From NCBI RefSeq assembly GCF_035084215.1, contig NC_090332.1, forward strand, positions 29,016,001 through 29,080,000: a stretch of 64,000 nucleotides of DNA. Direction: 5' to 3'. Shown piece by piece: positions 1 through 12,113 of this stretch. This DNA comes from Heptranchias perlo (taxonomy: Eukaryota). Numbering within the stretch: the stretch's first letter is position 1; every line of letters begins with the position of its first letter. A program made the position numbers and the translations under genes. The notes beneath the pieces were generated by a model. It saw nothing but the letters and a program-made list of their open reading frames with translations, had not been told where the DNA came from and searched no databases.

Positions 1-55
1 AAGGTGGCCATTCGGCCCATCGAGCCTGTGCCGGCTCTTAGTAAGAGCTCTCCCA
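1..55 (-). mobile_element. 3' tail of CR1-type LINE or LINE-tailed SINE (fragment at window edge)
   Basis: ggccattcggcccatcgagcctgtgccggctc matches the tails at 21961-22010 and 43441-43490 (the latter attached to a CR1 RT). Confidence 0.6.
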
Positions 56-3039
56 ACTTGGGCATCACCTACCAGATGTTAATGAGGAAGACTTTGCAGG
101 GTCGACTGGGCTGAGATTGCTTTGGACTTATCCTGATATGATCCCTGGGTCATTGCCGATGGATCGTCTTATTTACTATTGGCCACTTCCCTAAGGGACA
201 GGGTGCCCTGCAGTGCGAAACAAAACAGCTCTCCTCCCCTCCGACTTTTGCAGCAGCAGTTTTTTTTGTGCTCATCATATTGAGTGATGTTAGAGCCGGG
301 CAATGGAACACTTCCTATTTTAGGCCTCCAGCTTCAGCAGCAAGCACTCCCAGATCAGATACAATGCAGCCAGATGCAGAGCAAAGCTTCCTCTACTTTG
401 CCCAACAACATGCTGCTACAAGTTTAGCCTCTTGCCTTTGATATTCTCTAGGGTACAGCGTTGCCAGTCACTCCCATAGCAGTTTCAGCATCTTATGTTT
501 CAGGGTGTGCTCGCGTAGTCCAATATCTAACTATAAAAATAGTGTAACCCAGGGGTGGAACAATAGTATCCCTCTGTGATCTAAACTGGATATGTGTGCC
601 TTTCGCATGTGTGCTTTCTCAATCTCTCTGAAGACAGACCAAGCAAATACTTGGTGAGATGAGATGTGATACGAATCATTAAGTTGCTTTATTTCACAGC
701 ACGTGAACATATGCATTAGATTCACTTATTTTATTCAACACATCTTGGTCTTGGTGTAATAATACAAAATGTTTCCCCACAGCAATGGGTTGACTTGGCT
801 TGGCTTAAACAACACAATTACTAACTACTTCCCCTCCATTTTAACCTTCTTGCAACCTTTGCTGGGCCTGACTGCTTGTGCAGTTTTCTGTTTTAAAAAA
901 AATCCGACTGATTTTGCAGGCTTTGCTGCACCTCTCAATATGTTGATCTGTGTCCTCTTGTTTCCTGTCTCGTAGGAAGTTGGAGGTTGGTTCCTGACCC
1001 CTTTCTCTCACTGGGTGTTGGCCAGAAGAGCTTCTAATCAATCCTGCTACTGCCGCCTCCCCCTTTGAAACTAGCAAAACTCAAAAGGAGGGACTATCCA
1101 TCCTCCTGAGGTGTAAATATTTGCTGGGAGCACATGAGATGAGACAATGACTCCTCTATTGTTCCTGATCATCATAGGTGATCATAGGTGAATGAAGATC
1201 TCCTCCGCAGTTTACAGCCATCAATCTGGATTCCCAGAGGCAAATCGCCAGTGTCTAACACACTGTACTAGCCAGTTCCAACCGCAGCAGTTTCTAATGT
1301 AGCCTTGTGAAGACCTAAAGTCTCTACCTTGCTTGTTCTCCATAATCAGTCTGCAAACTGTAAACAAAAGTCACAAAATCTTCTCCAAAGCTTTGCTAGC
1401 AAAATTTGACCTGGCCTTCAAATAGGTGTTGCAGTGCTGGATATTTCTCTAACAAATCAGTGAGCTCCCTATGAGTGGTCAATCACATGCTGAGACCTCA
1501 CTTTCAGTACGTCATTTGGTTTGGAAGACCTGTTGGGGTCAGATGTACCAACTGAGCATGTGCAAAACGTGCATTACAAAGTTTCCCCACCGTCCATGAC
1601 CATTGTGGAAAATAAACCCAAACCAAATCTACCACACTGTGGTGAATGGTCAGCTGGATTTGCCTTCCCAGCGCTATTTCAGATGCTTCACTGACTCCTA
1701 ATTGCAGCACGCGACTGATTTAGAGGACTTGGCGCTGCTCCGTTCTGACTGGCTGGCCCGCCATTCAGGAAAGATTGCCCACATTTTTAGCCCACAGACT
1801 GGAAACAGCAAAATTATGTGTAAACCAGTGGGCGAGAATTCTTCCAAAAACTTCTAGCAACCCACAGTTAGGCCACCATTAGCACATGGACAGCAATTTT
1901 CAGCCTTATAACTTAATCAATCTCAGTTGTGGCATCGTGGGGAGGCTCAAAAAAGAAACCAGGCCAAATTCACCGTCGGGAGGAAAAAACAGCTGGGGAA
2001 ACCATAAAAATAATAATAAAAATATATATACAGAGAGATATTTTAATAAAGCTATAGTGTTTCACCAAAGCCTGAAATTTAAAAATGAAAGTAAACTGAA
2101 GTACTGTGAGAGATGAGGCAGAAAAAAAGCAGCTGTTTTACTGAAGAAGAAACACCCAGATCCACTGTGCCATACCACCCAATCCCACAGGTTACAGTAG
2201 AGGCGTGAAATACAGTCACTCCCTGGATTGAAAGAGAAAAGTCAAGGTCAGAGAAGGAAACGTAAGAAAAGAGCAGCTGCTGTTAATGTCCCAGTGGACT
2301 AGAAAGATGCCAGAAAGTTTTAACCACATGATGTAACAATAACTTGTTCAGCTGAACATCATTTGTTGTGACACACCCAGGCAAACTGAAATGACAGAAA
2401 GCGAACTGTGTCTTTTGCCTGATGTGCTTGCCAGACTAAATTAAGACTGAACTAGGTAACACAGCTGCCTGGGAAATTGTTCCCTTCTGCCGCCCTCCAC
2501 CTCTGGGTATACATGTTTCAACCCAGCCAAGGAAATTAAAATGGAGGCCTGTTTTTACTGATGACAGTTAAAGGGGCTGTGTTATTTAACATTTCTGGTT
2601 TGCAAGCAGTTTCCATAAACGAAAAAAAACTTCAAGTCTGTCGTGACCTTTCCATTGAGACTGCTTTTGAAGCGTTCTAACAGTGTAAATTTCATCAAGC
2701 GTCTCGATAAAGATTGCATTGTTTAAACACATCAAAAATAGTATAATTAATTGAAAAGATGGAAGCAGACTCGCAGTCTCCTATCTCCTTCTGCACTGCC
2801 AAGGGATAGTTATGGTGCCAAACCCAAAGTTAAAATCCAAATGGTGCCAAAATGCAAATACTCCCAAAAAATTGAAATTTGGCCCAATTCATGCTGTTTA
2901 GTAATTTGATGTGGCTAATCTTTAAAAATAATAAAGTCACTTCTATTTCATGCTTCTTGCCTACGGCTTCTTTAAATTATGTCTGGCATCATTTATTGGA
3001 GCCATTACCACAAAAGTGGGTCCCTCAACATTTTTTCCC

Positions 3040-3685
3040 AGTTTTCACCCCATCTCTTTTCTCCTTCCTCTTCTGAGGACGCGGATTCATCTGCAGATGA
3101 ACGAGTTCCGCAGATCCTGATGGTGACAGTGACTTATTCGTCATCTTGGAGCCTGGAGAGTTAGGGGGTGATTTTAAACCCCAAGAACAGGTGGGTTGGG
3201 GGCGGGTGGGAGTTGAAAACAGTTGTTTTTTGGGTCGCGACCGCAACCCGGCTTTATTTCCTGGTTTAACGTCGGCACGGAAAAGTACAGGCTTCCCACT
3301 GGGAATGCCAAGTCCGAGAATTTTGCGGTTGTGACCCAAAAAGTAACTATTTTCAACTCCCACCCGCCCCCCAACCCACCGGTTCCTGGGGTTTAAAATC
3401 ACCCCCTTAGTATCTGCAGCTAACTCAATATGGGGATACACAGCCGAGCCTGATTTTATCAACTAGAGTCTTTACGCATGCTCCTTTCATTGGTCGTCAC
3501 TGATAGCAATCAGAACGCTGGCTGTTTTTTTTCTCTCCTTTGCCTGGGACATTGAAACCGATTGTGTTACACCCATTACACCCCGGCTAGGCTCAGTAGG
3601 CTCTGAGGGATTGAACCAAGGATGTTTCTGATCTATATGTTCAGTAGCACACTGGGTGATACATTGGCCCACTAAGCCACCGGGA
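3040..3685 (-). mobile_element. LF-SINE-like SINE, old, interrupted by a MITE
   Basis: Similar to 47900-48275 and 9250-9512 (cacagccgagcctga, tcactgatagcaatcagaacgctggctg, gggattgaacc reversed B-box); resemblance to LF-SINE is from recalled consensus. Confidence 0.55.
3164..3406. mobile_element. PIF/Harbinger-type MITE (243 bp), family M1
   Basis: ~75 bp TIRs starting GGGGGTGATTTTAAACCCC; flanked by TTA (3161-3163) and TTA (3407-3409); near-identical copies at 13882 and 18497. Confidence 0.9.
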
Positions 3686-3788
3686 GAACTGGCCCTTCTA
3701 TTTTTATATGGCTTTGGTTGGGAATGTTCATGAGGCATCTAGTGAAGTTACAGTGGAGGAGAGGGAGCAACTCAAAGGAAATTCCTTA

Positions 3789-4846
3789 GAGTAAATTTTA
3801 ACCCCAAGAACAGGTGGGTTGGGAGCGGGTGGGAAGGCAAAAATTGTAAAACCCGCCTCCTATCCACTTCTGGTTTTAACAGAGGCATTTTGAGAGGCGG
3901 GCGACCAACCCGCTCTTAGGAGACAGGTCGGTCAGTAAAATCTTTTAAGGAGGCTGCAAGCCTCCATTTTGACATGTTTTTTACTTTTAACTCTGGGGGG
4001 CTGGGATTCCCGGGCCTTCTGATTCTCACCACATAAGAGGAGGCGGGAAAGCCTGAATCAACAGGTAAGTGCCTTTATTGCGCTGCTTGTGGGCCAGGAG
4101 GAGCAGGAGTGCTTCCTCCAGGCCTGACAAGCTTACCTGCTGCGATCCGACACACGTGATCAGCCGACCCCTCCCCCTATGTCCGACCCCCCCCTCCCAT
4201 GATCTCCGACATCCTCCACAATCTCTGACACTCGCCCCATGATCTCTGACCCCCCCACGAGCTCCGACCCCCCCCACTCCCCATGACTCAGGCCCTGATG
4301 ACTGACAACCACCGATGAGCACCGACCCCAATGTCCGACCCAATGACCACCGGCCCCGATGACCCCCCCCGATGACCGTTCCCGCCCCCTGTGACCGACC
4401 CCACCCAATGACCGACCCCCTGATGACAGACCGCCCCCCCCCCGATGATCAAGCTCCCTCAAATGACTGCCCCCCCGATGACTGACCCCCAGATGACTGA
4501 CCCCCCCCCACCCCATGACCGACCCTCCCGAAGACCAGCCCCCAACGTTGACCGCCCCTCCCCGATGGCCAGCCCCCCTGATGGCCAGCCGCCCTCCCAC
4601 CGATGACCGACCCCCCTCTCCACCCCCCCACCAATCTAAGACTAACCTGCTGGCATCCACTCCCTGGCTGCTCTCCCATCTGACTGACAGCCAGCCTGTC
4701 GGGCGGGAAACCTACTGAAAAAAATTGAAAGACATCCTTACATCAAAACAGTAAGGAGGTCCGGGAAACCCATACTTCTGGGTTTCCTGTCCTGAAACCC
4801 CTACCCCACCCACTCTCTTCCTGGCTCAACGTTAAAATTTACCCCC
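3789..4846 (+). mobile_element. Non-autonomous Harbinger-type element (~1.06 kb), family M2, with internal C-rich array
   Basis: Termini GAGTAAATTTTAAC / GTTAAAATTTACCCCC; left end shares ccccaagaacaggtgggttggg with M1; homologous inverted copy at 27270-28331. Confidence 0.8.
4160..4635. repeat. Degenerate C-rich tandem array (ccgatgacc/ccgacccc units) inside M2
   Basis: Many imperfect copies of cc(c)gatgac(c/t)gacccc; explains the Gly/Pro-rich spurious ORFs. Confidence 0.85.
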
Positions 4847-5144
4847 TTGCCTTTGTGCTTTTAACAGTTGGTAACTGTGGGTAAGGACTGTCACAAAATG
4901 GGTCCTTCTTCATAGACTTTCTTCGTGGTGGTTGATCAAAATTTCAAGTTTTAAGCTTTAAATTATATTCATTTATAAAGCTTCTCTTCGGGGAATGTGG
5001 CAAAAATCTAATTGATTAACAGCTGATGGAGCTAAGACCTTAAATGAAGGGGACAAGATGATCCCTTTCAACACATCCATTCCATAGCATAAGCATCAGT
5101 ATTTATAGTTCCCTTCGAGACGCATTGCGCTGAGTTTGTTGAGT

Positions 5145-5330
5145 ATTAGAATAATAATGACTTTCAGATGGTACTGAAAAGAGGCTAGAAATAGAGGATA
5201 TTGTAAATTGAATATTAAATTAGCTAAATGATAGGAATCAAAGGGTAATGATCATTGGTAGTGGTTCTAACTGAATTGCAGTGACCAGTACAGTGTCCTT
5301 TGATTAGCTCTGGCACATCTGATGTTTGTA
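5145..5330 (+). mobile_element. Very old CR1 RT fragment
   Basis: Degenerate DFQ..W.DR.QRV.I.G..S.W..VTS.VP-like reading with stops. Confidence 0.45.
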
Positions 5331-6388
5331 ATCTTTATGAGGCGATCTTTCTGAGGGTATGAGTAGCTGACACAATGGGGAATCAGGGTGGCAGAGGAAA
5401 GGGACAAAATTCAGAGACAGATTACGAGTAAATAAGTCGCCAATAAATTTGACAAAGAAATGGAAGTGTATTAGGGATCTAATCATGGAGCCCAATTTCG
5501 TCCTGCGTAGCATGCAGCCAAGGTTAGATGTAGTCTGGACGTAGTCTCATGAAATTGAATTCAAGCAGCAGGTTAGCAAGTAACTGCTACAAAGGCTTAA
5601 CTGAAAATAAGCCGACTGAAATTCGACATTATATCAGTTACTGCGGTTACACAATCTTATCTTTAGCTGCTACCAGTAGGGGTAGTGAGAAACACAGAGA
5701 AAAAGGAAAAAAAGCAAGAAACACTGAGCTGAGAACCTAATCAGAGTTTAACCTGCAGAATCGGTGAGAGAGAGAAAGGGGAAGAGAGGGAGACTTGGGT
5801 CACATCTGCCAATCAAAATCTTCTACTTCAGCCCACAAAATGGTTCTTCAGCCTAGCCCTTTTCCCTAGTGTGTGACTCCCAAACCCTGTGTTGCCATAG
5901 CTAATAGCTCTATCTATGTTACATTCACAATTGCACCTGCAACTAGTCCTTTAATACTGAGGCACACCTACAGTATTTCAGAGGTTAAACTTGAAATATC
6001 TTTTGGCCATCTTAAAAAGTCTCCTATAGACTTTTAAAATTTACTCCAATTAGCATTCTACATTTTTCTAAATTCTTATACTTTGAAACTTTTGAAGCTA
6101 CCTAGTCCATTGCATCACTCCCCACTTTAAGCTTTTGCATTCCTATAAAAGGACCATTAGAACACATATAATATCACCCACAAACATATGGTTTGCAGAC
6201 ATGGAATTGCAGTTTGCACAAAAATAATCCAGGTCATTACAGGAGGTAGTACAAAGTAGAACTAAAAATACAAAATGTGATTGCAATATGCAGGTTATAT
6301 CATTAAATAAGGCGAGATAGCATAATATTGAAAGTGCTGTCACAGGAGGGTACTTTTTCCAAAGTCAAGTTTACATGTTGAGAGTGTA

Positions 6389-6566
6389 AGATAAATTTTG
6401 CAAGCTCCATGCTACTGGTGGGACCTTGCATGGAGCCAGTGCATGGTGATTCCTGACCTCGAATTCAACAGACAGTAAATCGCAGGCAGTGACTCTCCAA
6501 AATTTCTGTATGTGCTGGCTGCATGTGAAGTCCTGCTGACGGCACAGGGCCTTGCAAAATTTACTA
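6389..6566. mobile_element. Short palindromic MITE remnant
   Basis: taaattttgcaagctccatgc ... gcacagggccttgcaaaattta inverted ends. Confidence 0.5.
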
Positions 6567-7288
6567 TGACGTAAGTAGACACTGATAATACCAGTCTGAG
6601 GGACTGATACTGACACACGTTGATCACCCTTATAATGAGAAGATATAAGCCTAGAAATTACACTTTGTGATATTACCGGATGAACATTTAATGCATTAGA
6701 ATTAAATTGCTTTCTATGCTATTTTAACAGAGACATTACCCCATTTAATGGATAAACGTCTCTGTGAAAATAGCAGGCAAAATAATTTACTATGAACACA
6801 TTAAGTATTTGCCAATATCACAGTGTGTAATTTCAGAAAATAAGGCAATTAAGAAAAGCTAAGAAAGCTTATGCTGTCTTTATCCTGCATTTTTAGCTCC
6901 AGTGTCCTGCTGTGATTTTGTGCCATGATGGTGCCAAATGTATAAGGCCAAGAAGGGATGGTCTCACGTCACTTTCAAGAAGCTTATCATTAGTTTTTTT
7001 TTAAAGCATAATTGAAACTAAGGTGGCCTCTTGAGCTGCTGTAGAAAATGGACATTTTCAGAAACAACAATGACTCAATTTCTTGATAAATCAGGGAAGG
7101 CTCTTTCTGTGTTTGCTCAGCATTTAAATGTTTCACAGTGATGGCACCCCAAATTTTGAACTCCTTCACTCTGAATGGTGTAGTTCTATTTTAGTTCAGT
7201 TGTATCAAGCAGATGCATAGCTATTGTTTACAGTTCAGGTTATTCTAAACTACTCCCATAATCACTTCCTTACCCTTCTGACTCTCCT

Positions 7289-7900
7289 GCCCTGAAATTT
7301 CTGGGGCTGGAGAGGGTGTAAGTCTCATTTTTCCCTGGGGAGGGATAGAATATGGCCAGAACTCTGCCAGTGTTCCATTAAATTAAGACCAGATCTTTAA
7401 ATTCCAGTGGGGAGGGCCGTGTGCGGATCTGCTACCTGCCCCCCATGTCAAGGGGCATGTTATTGGTGGTGAGGGGAGGGGGGGATTTCTCAGGCTTCCC
7501 CAGGAAATTCCTCCCTTTATGCCCTTGAAAGGCCTTAGTGGAACTAGTAAGACCTGTAATAAGTTCTTTTGAGGCCTTCTCAAGGCCCCAAACCTTTACT
7601 AGAATAAAGTAATCATTCCCAGAGGGAATCAAATAACTTCTCTAGCTGGAGTGGCTCCAATGGGATGGGAGTCAAAGACTGCAAATAAACATCATTTTTC
7701 TTTAGCCCGTTTAGGTCTCTGGGGAACTTTAGGCGTAGTGACAAGGTGGGGTGGGTGCTGCTTATGTATCCTTGCAGGAGCAGGTGGCATGCTCCGCTAT
7801 TCTAGTGACCCAGTTGAGATGGGACCTTGGGCAAGGACGGGTGGAGGTTCCGCTTTGCTGGACTTACACGACACTGTGGGGTCCCAGGAATTTCTAGGCC
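7289..7900. mobile_element. Old Harbinger-type MITE
   Basis: gccctgaaatttctgggg ... cccaggaatttctaggcc inverted ends. Confidence 0.5.
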
Positions 7901-8839
7901 TCCACCTTTATAGATTTAAAAAACAAGGCAATTCTGGTCCTCGAAGCCTAAGACACACTAGACAAGAAGCAACAGCACAAGCAAGCTCTGAACTTGGCAG
8001 GCCTAAAAGGCTCCATTGGAAATTTCAGAACATTATAATAGGGATAAGCATTTGAGGTTTGTTGTTTAAGGTTCATTGTCAGGGAAACACAGTGCAAGTA
8101 ACTTACGATTTTCAGTATCATCATTATTTGAAAAGTGGCAACATGCCCTGTGCTGCAACATTGCCAGCTGCCCACCCTAATCAGTGGTTAAAAAGTAAAA
8201 ATAAGTGAACAGTGATTTAAAATAATGCATAGACAGTGATTTGCATCTGAGCTACCATTAGCTATAGTTTCCCACTAATCAACGTTGGTGCCATTTAATC
8301 ACTCCTGTGGGCCAAAAGTAGTCAGAAAAGGATATCTGCCAACATGGAGATGCATTAATGCAAAACCTTCAGAGGCATATCTTCATTAGCATTTTTGGCA
8401 CAGACGTTGCCAAAACCATTCATCACCGGATACAGCAGAGTTCATAAAATACCCTGTTGTATCTTTTTGTTTGCGACCCCAATTCCAAAAATAAAATATA
8501 TTTATACAATACTCTGATTTATAAATGAAACAATAACAGCAGTTAAAGTGGAACTGTTTCTTATATTTTGGCTTTCTTTTTATTGGAGTATTTCTGTGTA
8601 AGTTTCTCTGTTGCCTGGCCTGGTGTCTCTGAATCCAAGATAATGGGTTCATTGCTTCATTCCAGATTGCTAAATAACTTTTCCTATGGCCAATGGCTGG
8701 GGCTGCCCACATATGATTCTCTCCTTAGATGTTTGCTTCTCACACTACTGGGAGATGCTGCAGCCTCTGCTTGGAACCTCCCTGAATGCCACACTGAGAT
8801 TGGGAAATCAGCAGAGCAGAAGTCAAACCTATGCCCATC

Positions 8840-9200
8840 TGCTTGTGTTTAAGTACCTCCATGGCCTTGACCCTCCCTATCTTTGTAACCTCCTCCATCA
8901 CAATAACCTGCCCTGAACTTTACATTCCTCTCACTCTGGCCGATGAATGCACCCCTTCTTTTCACCCCACCATTTTGGACATGATTTCAGTTGCTTAGGC
9001 CTCACGGTCTGTAATTCCATCCCCAAATCTCCACATCTTTTCCTCCTTTAAGACCCTCCATAAAACCCACTTATTTCACCAAGCTCACTCCTCTTAATAT
9101 CTCCTTATTTGGTTCAGTACCCATTTTTTTCCTTATGCATATGAAGCACCGAGGGACATTTTTCCATATTATAGGTAATATATAAATGCAAGTTGTTATT
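8840..9200 (+). mobile_element. L2 LINE 3' end
   Basis: Diverged reverse-complement match to 9515-9930; ends tataaatgcaagttgtt. Confidence 0.75.
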
Positions 9201-9249
9201 GCTCAGTGCTATTATGCTGCTCAAACTATTTTTTTGGTGTTCCCCCAAA

Positions 9250-9512
9250 ACTCTCAGCTCCCTGAAGGCCCAGAGTCTTCATGTGTGAGCCTAATAGTAA
9301 GTGTTAACAATGCAGGCATTACAGCCAAGTGTGAACTTGTCCTTAGCGAGAACACACACACACGTACACACAGACCATAGCAAACAGACATCGAAACGCT
9401 GGCTAATTTTTCCCTTCCCAAGTCCAGTAGTATTGAGCCCACTTTTGGCACCTGAAATTCTGTCCCAGATGAGTTCAACTAACTTAATACAGACCAGAGA
9501 TCAAATCTTGGA
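9250..9512 (-). mobile_element. LF-SINE-like SINE fragment
   Basis: tcttcatgtgtgagccta, gctggctaatttttcccttccc, aactaacttaatacagaccagagatcaaa shared with the other copies. Confidence 0.55.
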
Positions 9513-10799
9513 CCAACAACAACAGCAGCTTGCATTTATATAGCGCCTTTAACATAGTAAAACATCCCAAGCCACTTCACAGGAGAATTATCAAACAAAA
9601 TTTGACACCGAGACACATAAGGAGGTATTAGGACAGGTGACCAAAAGCTTGGTCAAAGGGTAGGTTTTAAGGAGCGTCTTAAAGGAGGAGAGAGAGGTAG
9701 AGTGGCAGAGAGGTTTAGGGAGGGAATTCCCCCGCTTAGGGCCTAGGCAGCTGAATGCATGGCCGCCAATGGTGGAGTGATTAAAATCAGGGATGTGCAA
9801 GAGGCTAGAATTGGAGGAGCCCAGAGATCTCGGAGGGTTGTAGGGCCGGAGGAGGTTACAGAGATAGGGAGGAGTGAGGCCATGGAGGGATTTGCAAACA
9901 AGGATGAGAATTTTAAAATCGAGGCGTTAACTTGGTGCAAGTTAGGATATGGGCAGTAGAGTTTTGGATGAGCTCAAGTTTATGGAGAGTGGAAGATGGG
10001 AGGCCGGCCAGGAGAGCATTGGAATAGTCAGGTCCAGGGGTATCAAAGGCATGGATGAGGGTTTCAGCAGCAGCTGAGGCGGGGCGGAGACGGGAGATGT
10101 TATGGAGGTGGAAGTAGGCGGTCTTGGTGATGCAGCGGACATGAGGTCAGAAGCTCATCTGAGGGTCAGATAGGACGCCAAGGTTGCAAATGGTCTGGTT
10201 CAGCCTCAGACAGTGGCCACGGAGAGAGATGGAGTCGGTGACCAATGAAGTTTGTGGCATGAACCAAAGACAATGGGCGTCATTTTAGCACCCGCTATCG
10301 GGTGCGTTCCTGGCGGGGGGGCTCCGAAAATCGGAGAATCCCGGAGCGGGACCGGAGCCCGCCTCGAACCCGCGCATTTCCGGGTTCCCCGCTGACGCAG
10401 CCCCCGCTGGTGGGAATCCCGCAGGCAATTAAAGCCAGGGGGATGCCACTTGAAAGTATTTATTTAGGTATTTCAGGTCATTAACTGACCTGATTAAGGG
10501 ATTATGCGAGGAGGGGTGGGATTTTAGAGCAAACTGGGACTGTTTCCCACACTGGGGGAAACACTCCCAGATCAAATGGACGTGTTGCAGCTGTCAGCCT
10601 GTGGCAGCTGCAAAGGTCCATTTGACAGGTGGAGGGGGGGAGACCCTCACCCATTGCAGGAGGCCACTCTGTCACTTGGGACAAAGTTTGGCCTCCACCA
10701 CCCTCCTCCTGACAATCAAAGTCACCAACTTGCACACTTACCCCGGGGTCCGGAGACATGTACCTACCTTGCGGACCCCCTCAGATGTACATCTTGCGG

Positions 10800-11285
10800 A
10801 TGGAGGCCGCCGTAGCTGCAGTCATGACCTCCTCGGAGGGTGAACAGCATCACCAGCCTCACCAGCCTTGCCATCCACGCCGTCCACCTCTGACACGTGG
10901 AGCTCCACAACAGAGTGCTGTGACACATCCACCTGTACAGCAGGAGGGAGGGCTACCGCAGAGAGAGATGCGTCGCAGAGGGCACTAGCCTCGCCACAGG
11001 GTCCACAGACCGAGGCTCAGCCTCCTGGACCTCTCTGAACAGCAGTGCACACGGAGGCTCAGAGTCACTCGACATGTAGTTGTGGACATCTGCAGCCTCT
11101 TTCATGCCGAGCTGTTCCTGGCTGGCCCGAGCACCATCTTCTTACCTGTCGCTGTCAAAGTCACCACTGCCCTCAACAACTTCTCCTCTGCATCGTTCCA
11201 GGGTGCAACCGGGGACATCGCCGACGTCTCTCAGTCGTCTGCGCAGAAGAGCCCTGCAAATACACCTACACCCACTCTGCAGTGA
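10800..11285 (+). pseudogene. N-terminal part of HARBI1-like Harbinger transposase (no DDE domain)
   Basis: DLSEQQC.RRLR.TRHVVVDICSL, LPVAVKVTTALNNFSSASFQGATGDIADVSQSSA; in-frame TAG at 10986-10988. Confidence 0.85.
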
Positions 11286-11800
11286 CACAATGGGTGGCAT
11301 CAGTTGTGGGTTCTCATAGTGATCCTCAGGAGAGGGCATTATTGCACAAACCAGACAGGATTCGCGAAGACATGGCAGTAGTGGTGCCAATATAATATGT
11401 AATGTGAGTTGTTCAGAAATTCAATATAAGTAACCACCATGACAAACCCTCAAACACCCTTGTGCATCCCCTTCATGCTCACGACATGTTTGCCTTACGC
11501 TTCCTACTGCACATATGTGATGCATGCCCTGTGGCAGGTTGAGTGAGGCTGGCCGTGAAAGAGATGCACGAGAGGGTGAGTATGAGAGAGAGCCATGAGA
11601 TTGTATGAGGATTGGGTTGAGTGGTAGTGGCGGGATGAGTACTGGCGAGGTGAGTAGGTGCAGGTACGATGAGGATGAGGTTTGAGTGGGTATGAGGGGT
11701 GATGTGACAGAGTAGTTAGTGTTGGCAGTGCTGAAGGAGATGTGGGGTGGGGGCAGTGATGTGGCAGACGGAGTGTAGGGGAATGAGTAAGTGTACTCAC

Positions 11801-12113
11801 TTTGGCTGACCTACTTAGGTCATTGCAGTGCCTCCTGCACTGTATGTTGGTGGTGCAGGTGACCTCACTTTGGCTGACCTACTGAGGTCATTGGAGCGCC
11901 TCCTGCACTGTATGCAGGTGGGCGATATGTTGGTTGCGCAGGTGACCTCCTCTGCCACCTCAAGCCAGGCCTTCCTGGTGGCCGAGGCAGGTCGCTTCCT
12001 CCCGCACGCCGGGAGGAAGATCTCTGTCCTCCCCCTCCTCCTCACCCCATGTATTGATACCTGGAGTGAGGCATCATTACACTGGGAGCAGCCTTCCCCC
12101 TGGGCTGCTCCAT
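11801..12113 (-). pseudogene. Exon 1 of Harbinger Myb/SANT-like (trihelix) partner gene
   Basis: KAWLEVAEEV...TCIQCRRRSNDL; GTGAG donor; frameshift near start; ~70 bp partial duplication of the exon end at ~11796-11865. Confidence 0.8.

Noticed and set aside
2217-2302. Plus-strand basic peptide EKSQGQRRKRKKR resembling a VEGF/PDGF retention exon
   Set aside because: No acceptable acceptor; better explained as the complement of a minus-strand pyrimidine tract
3025-3462. 145-aa ORF recurring at 13878 and 18501
   Set aside because: Translation of the palindromic M1 MITE; starts and stops fall in unrelated flanks
4026-4718. Gly- and Pro-rich ORFs (also 27309-28126)
   Set aside because: By-products of G/C-rich tandem arrays inside M2; open in many frames with no domain signature
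7770-7800. GGAGCA-ggtggca-TGCTCC hairpin as a sixth module copy
   Set aside because: Loop differs, and the outer stem and upstream donor are missing
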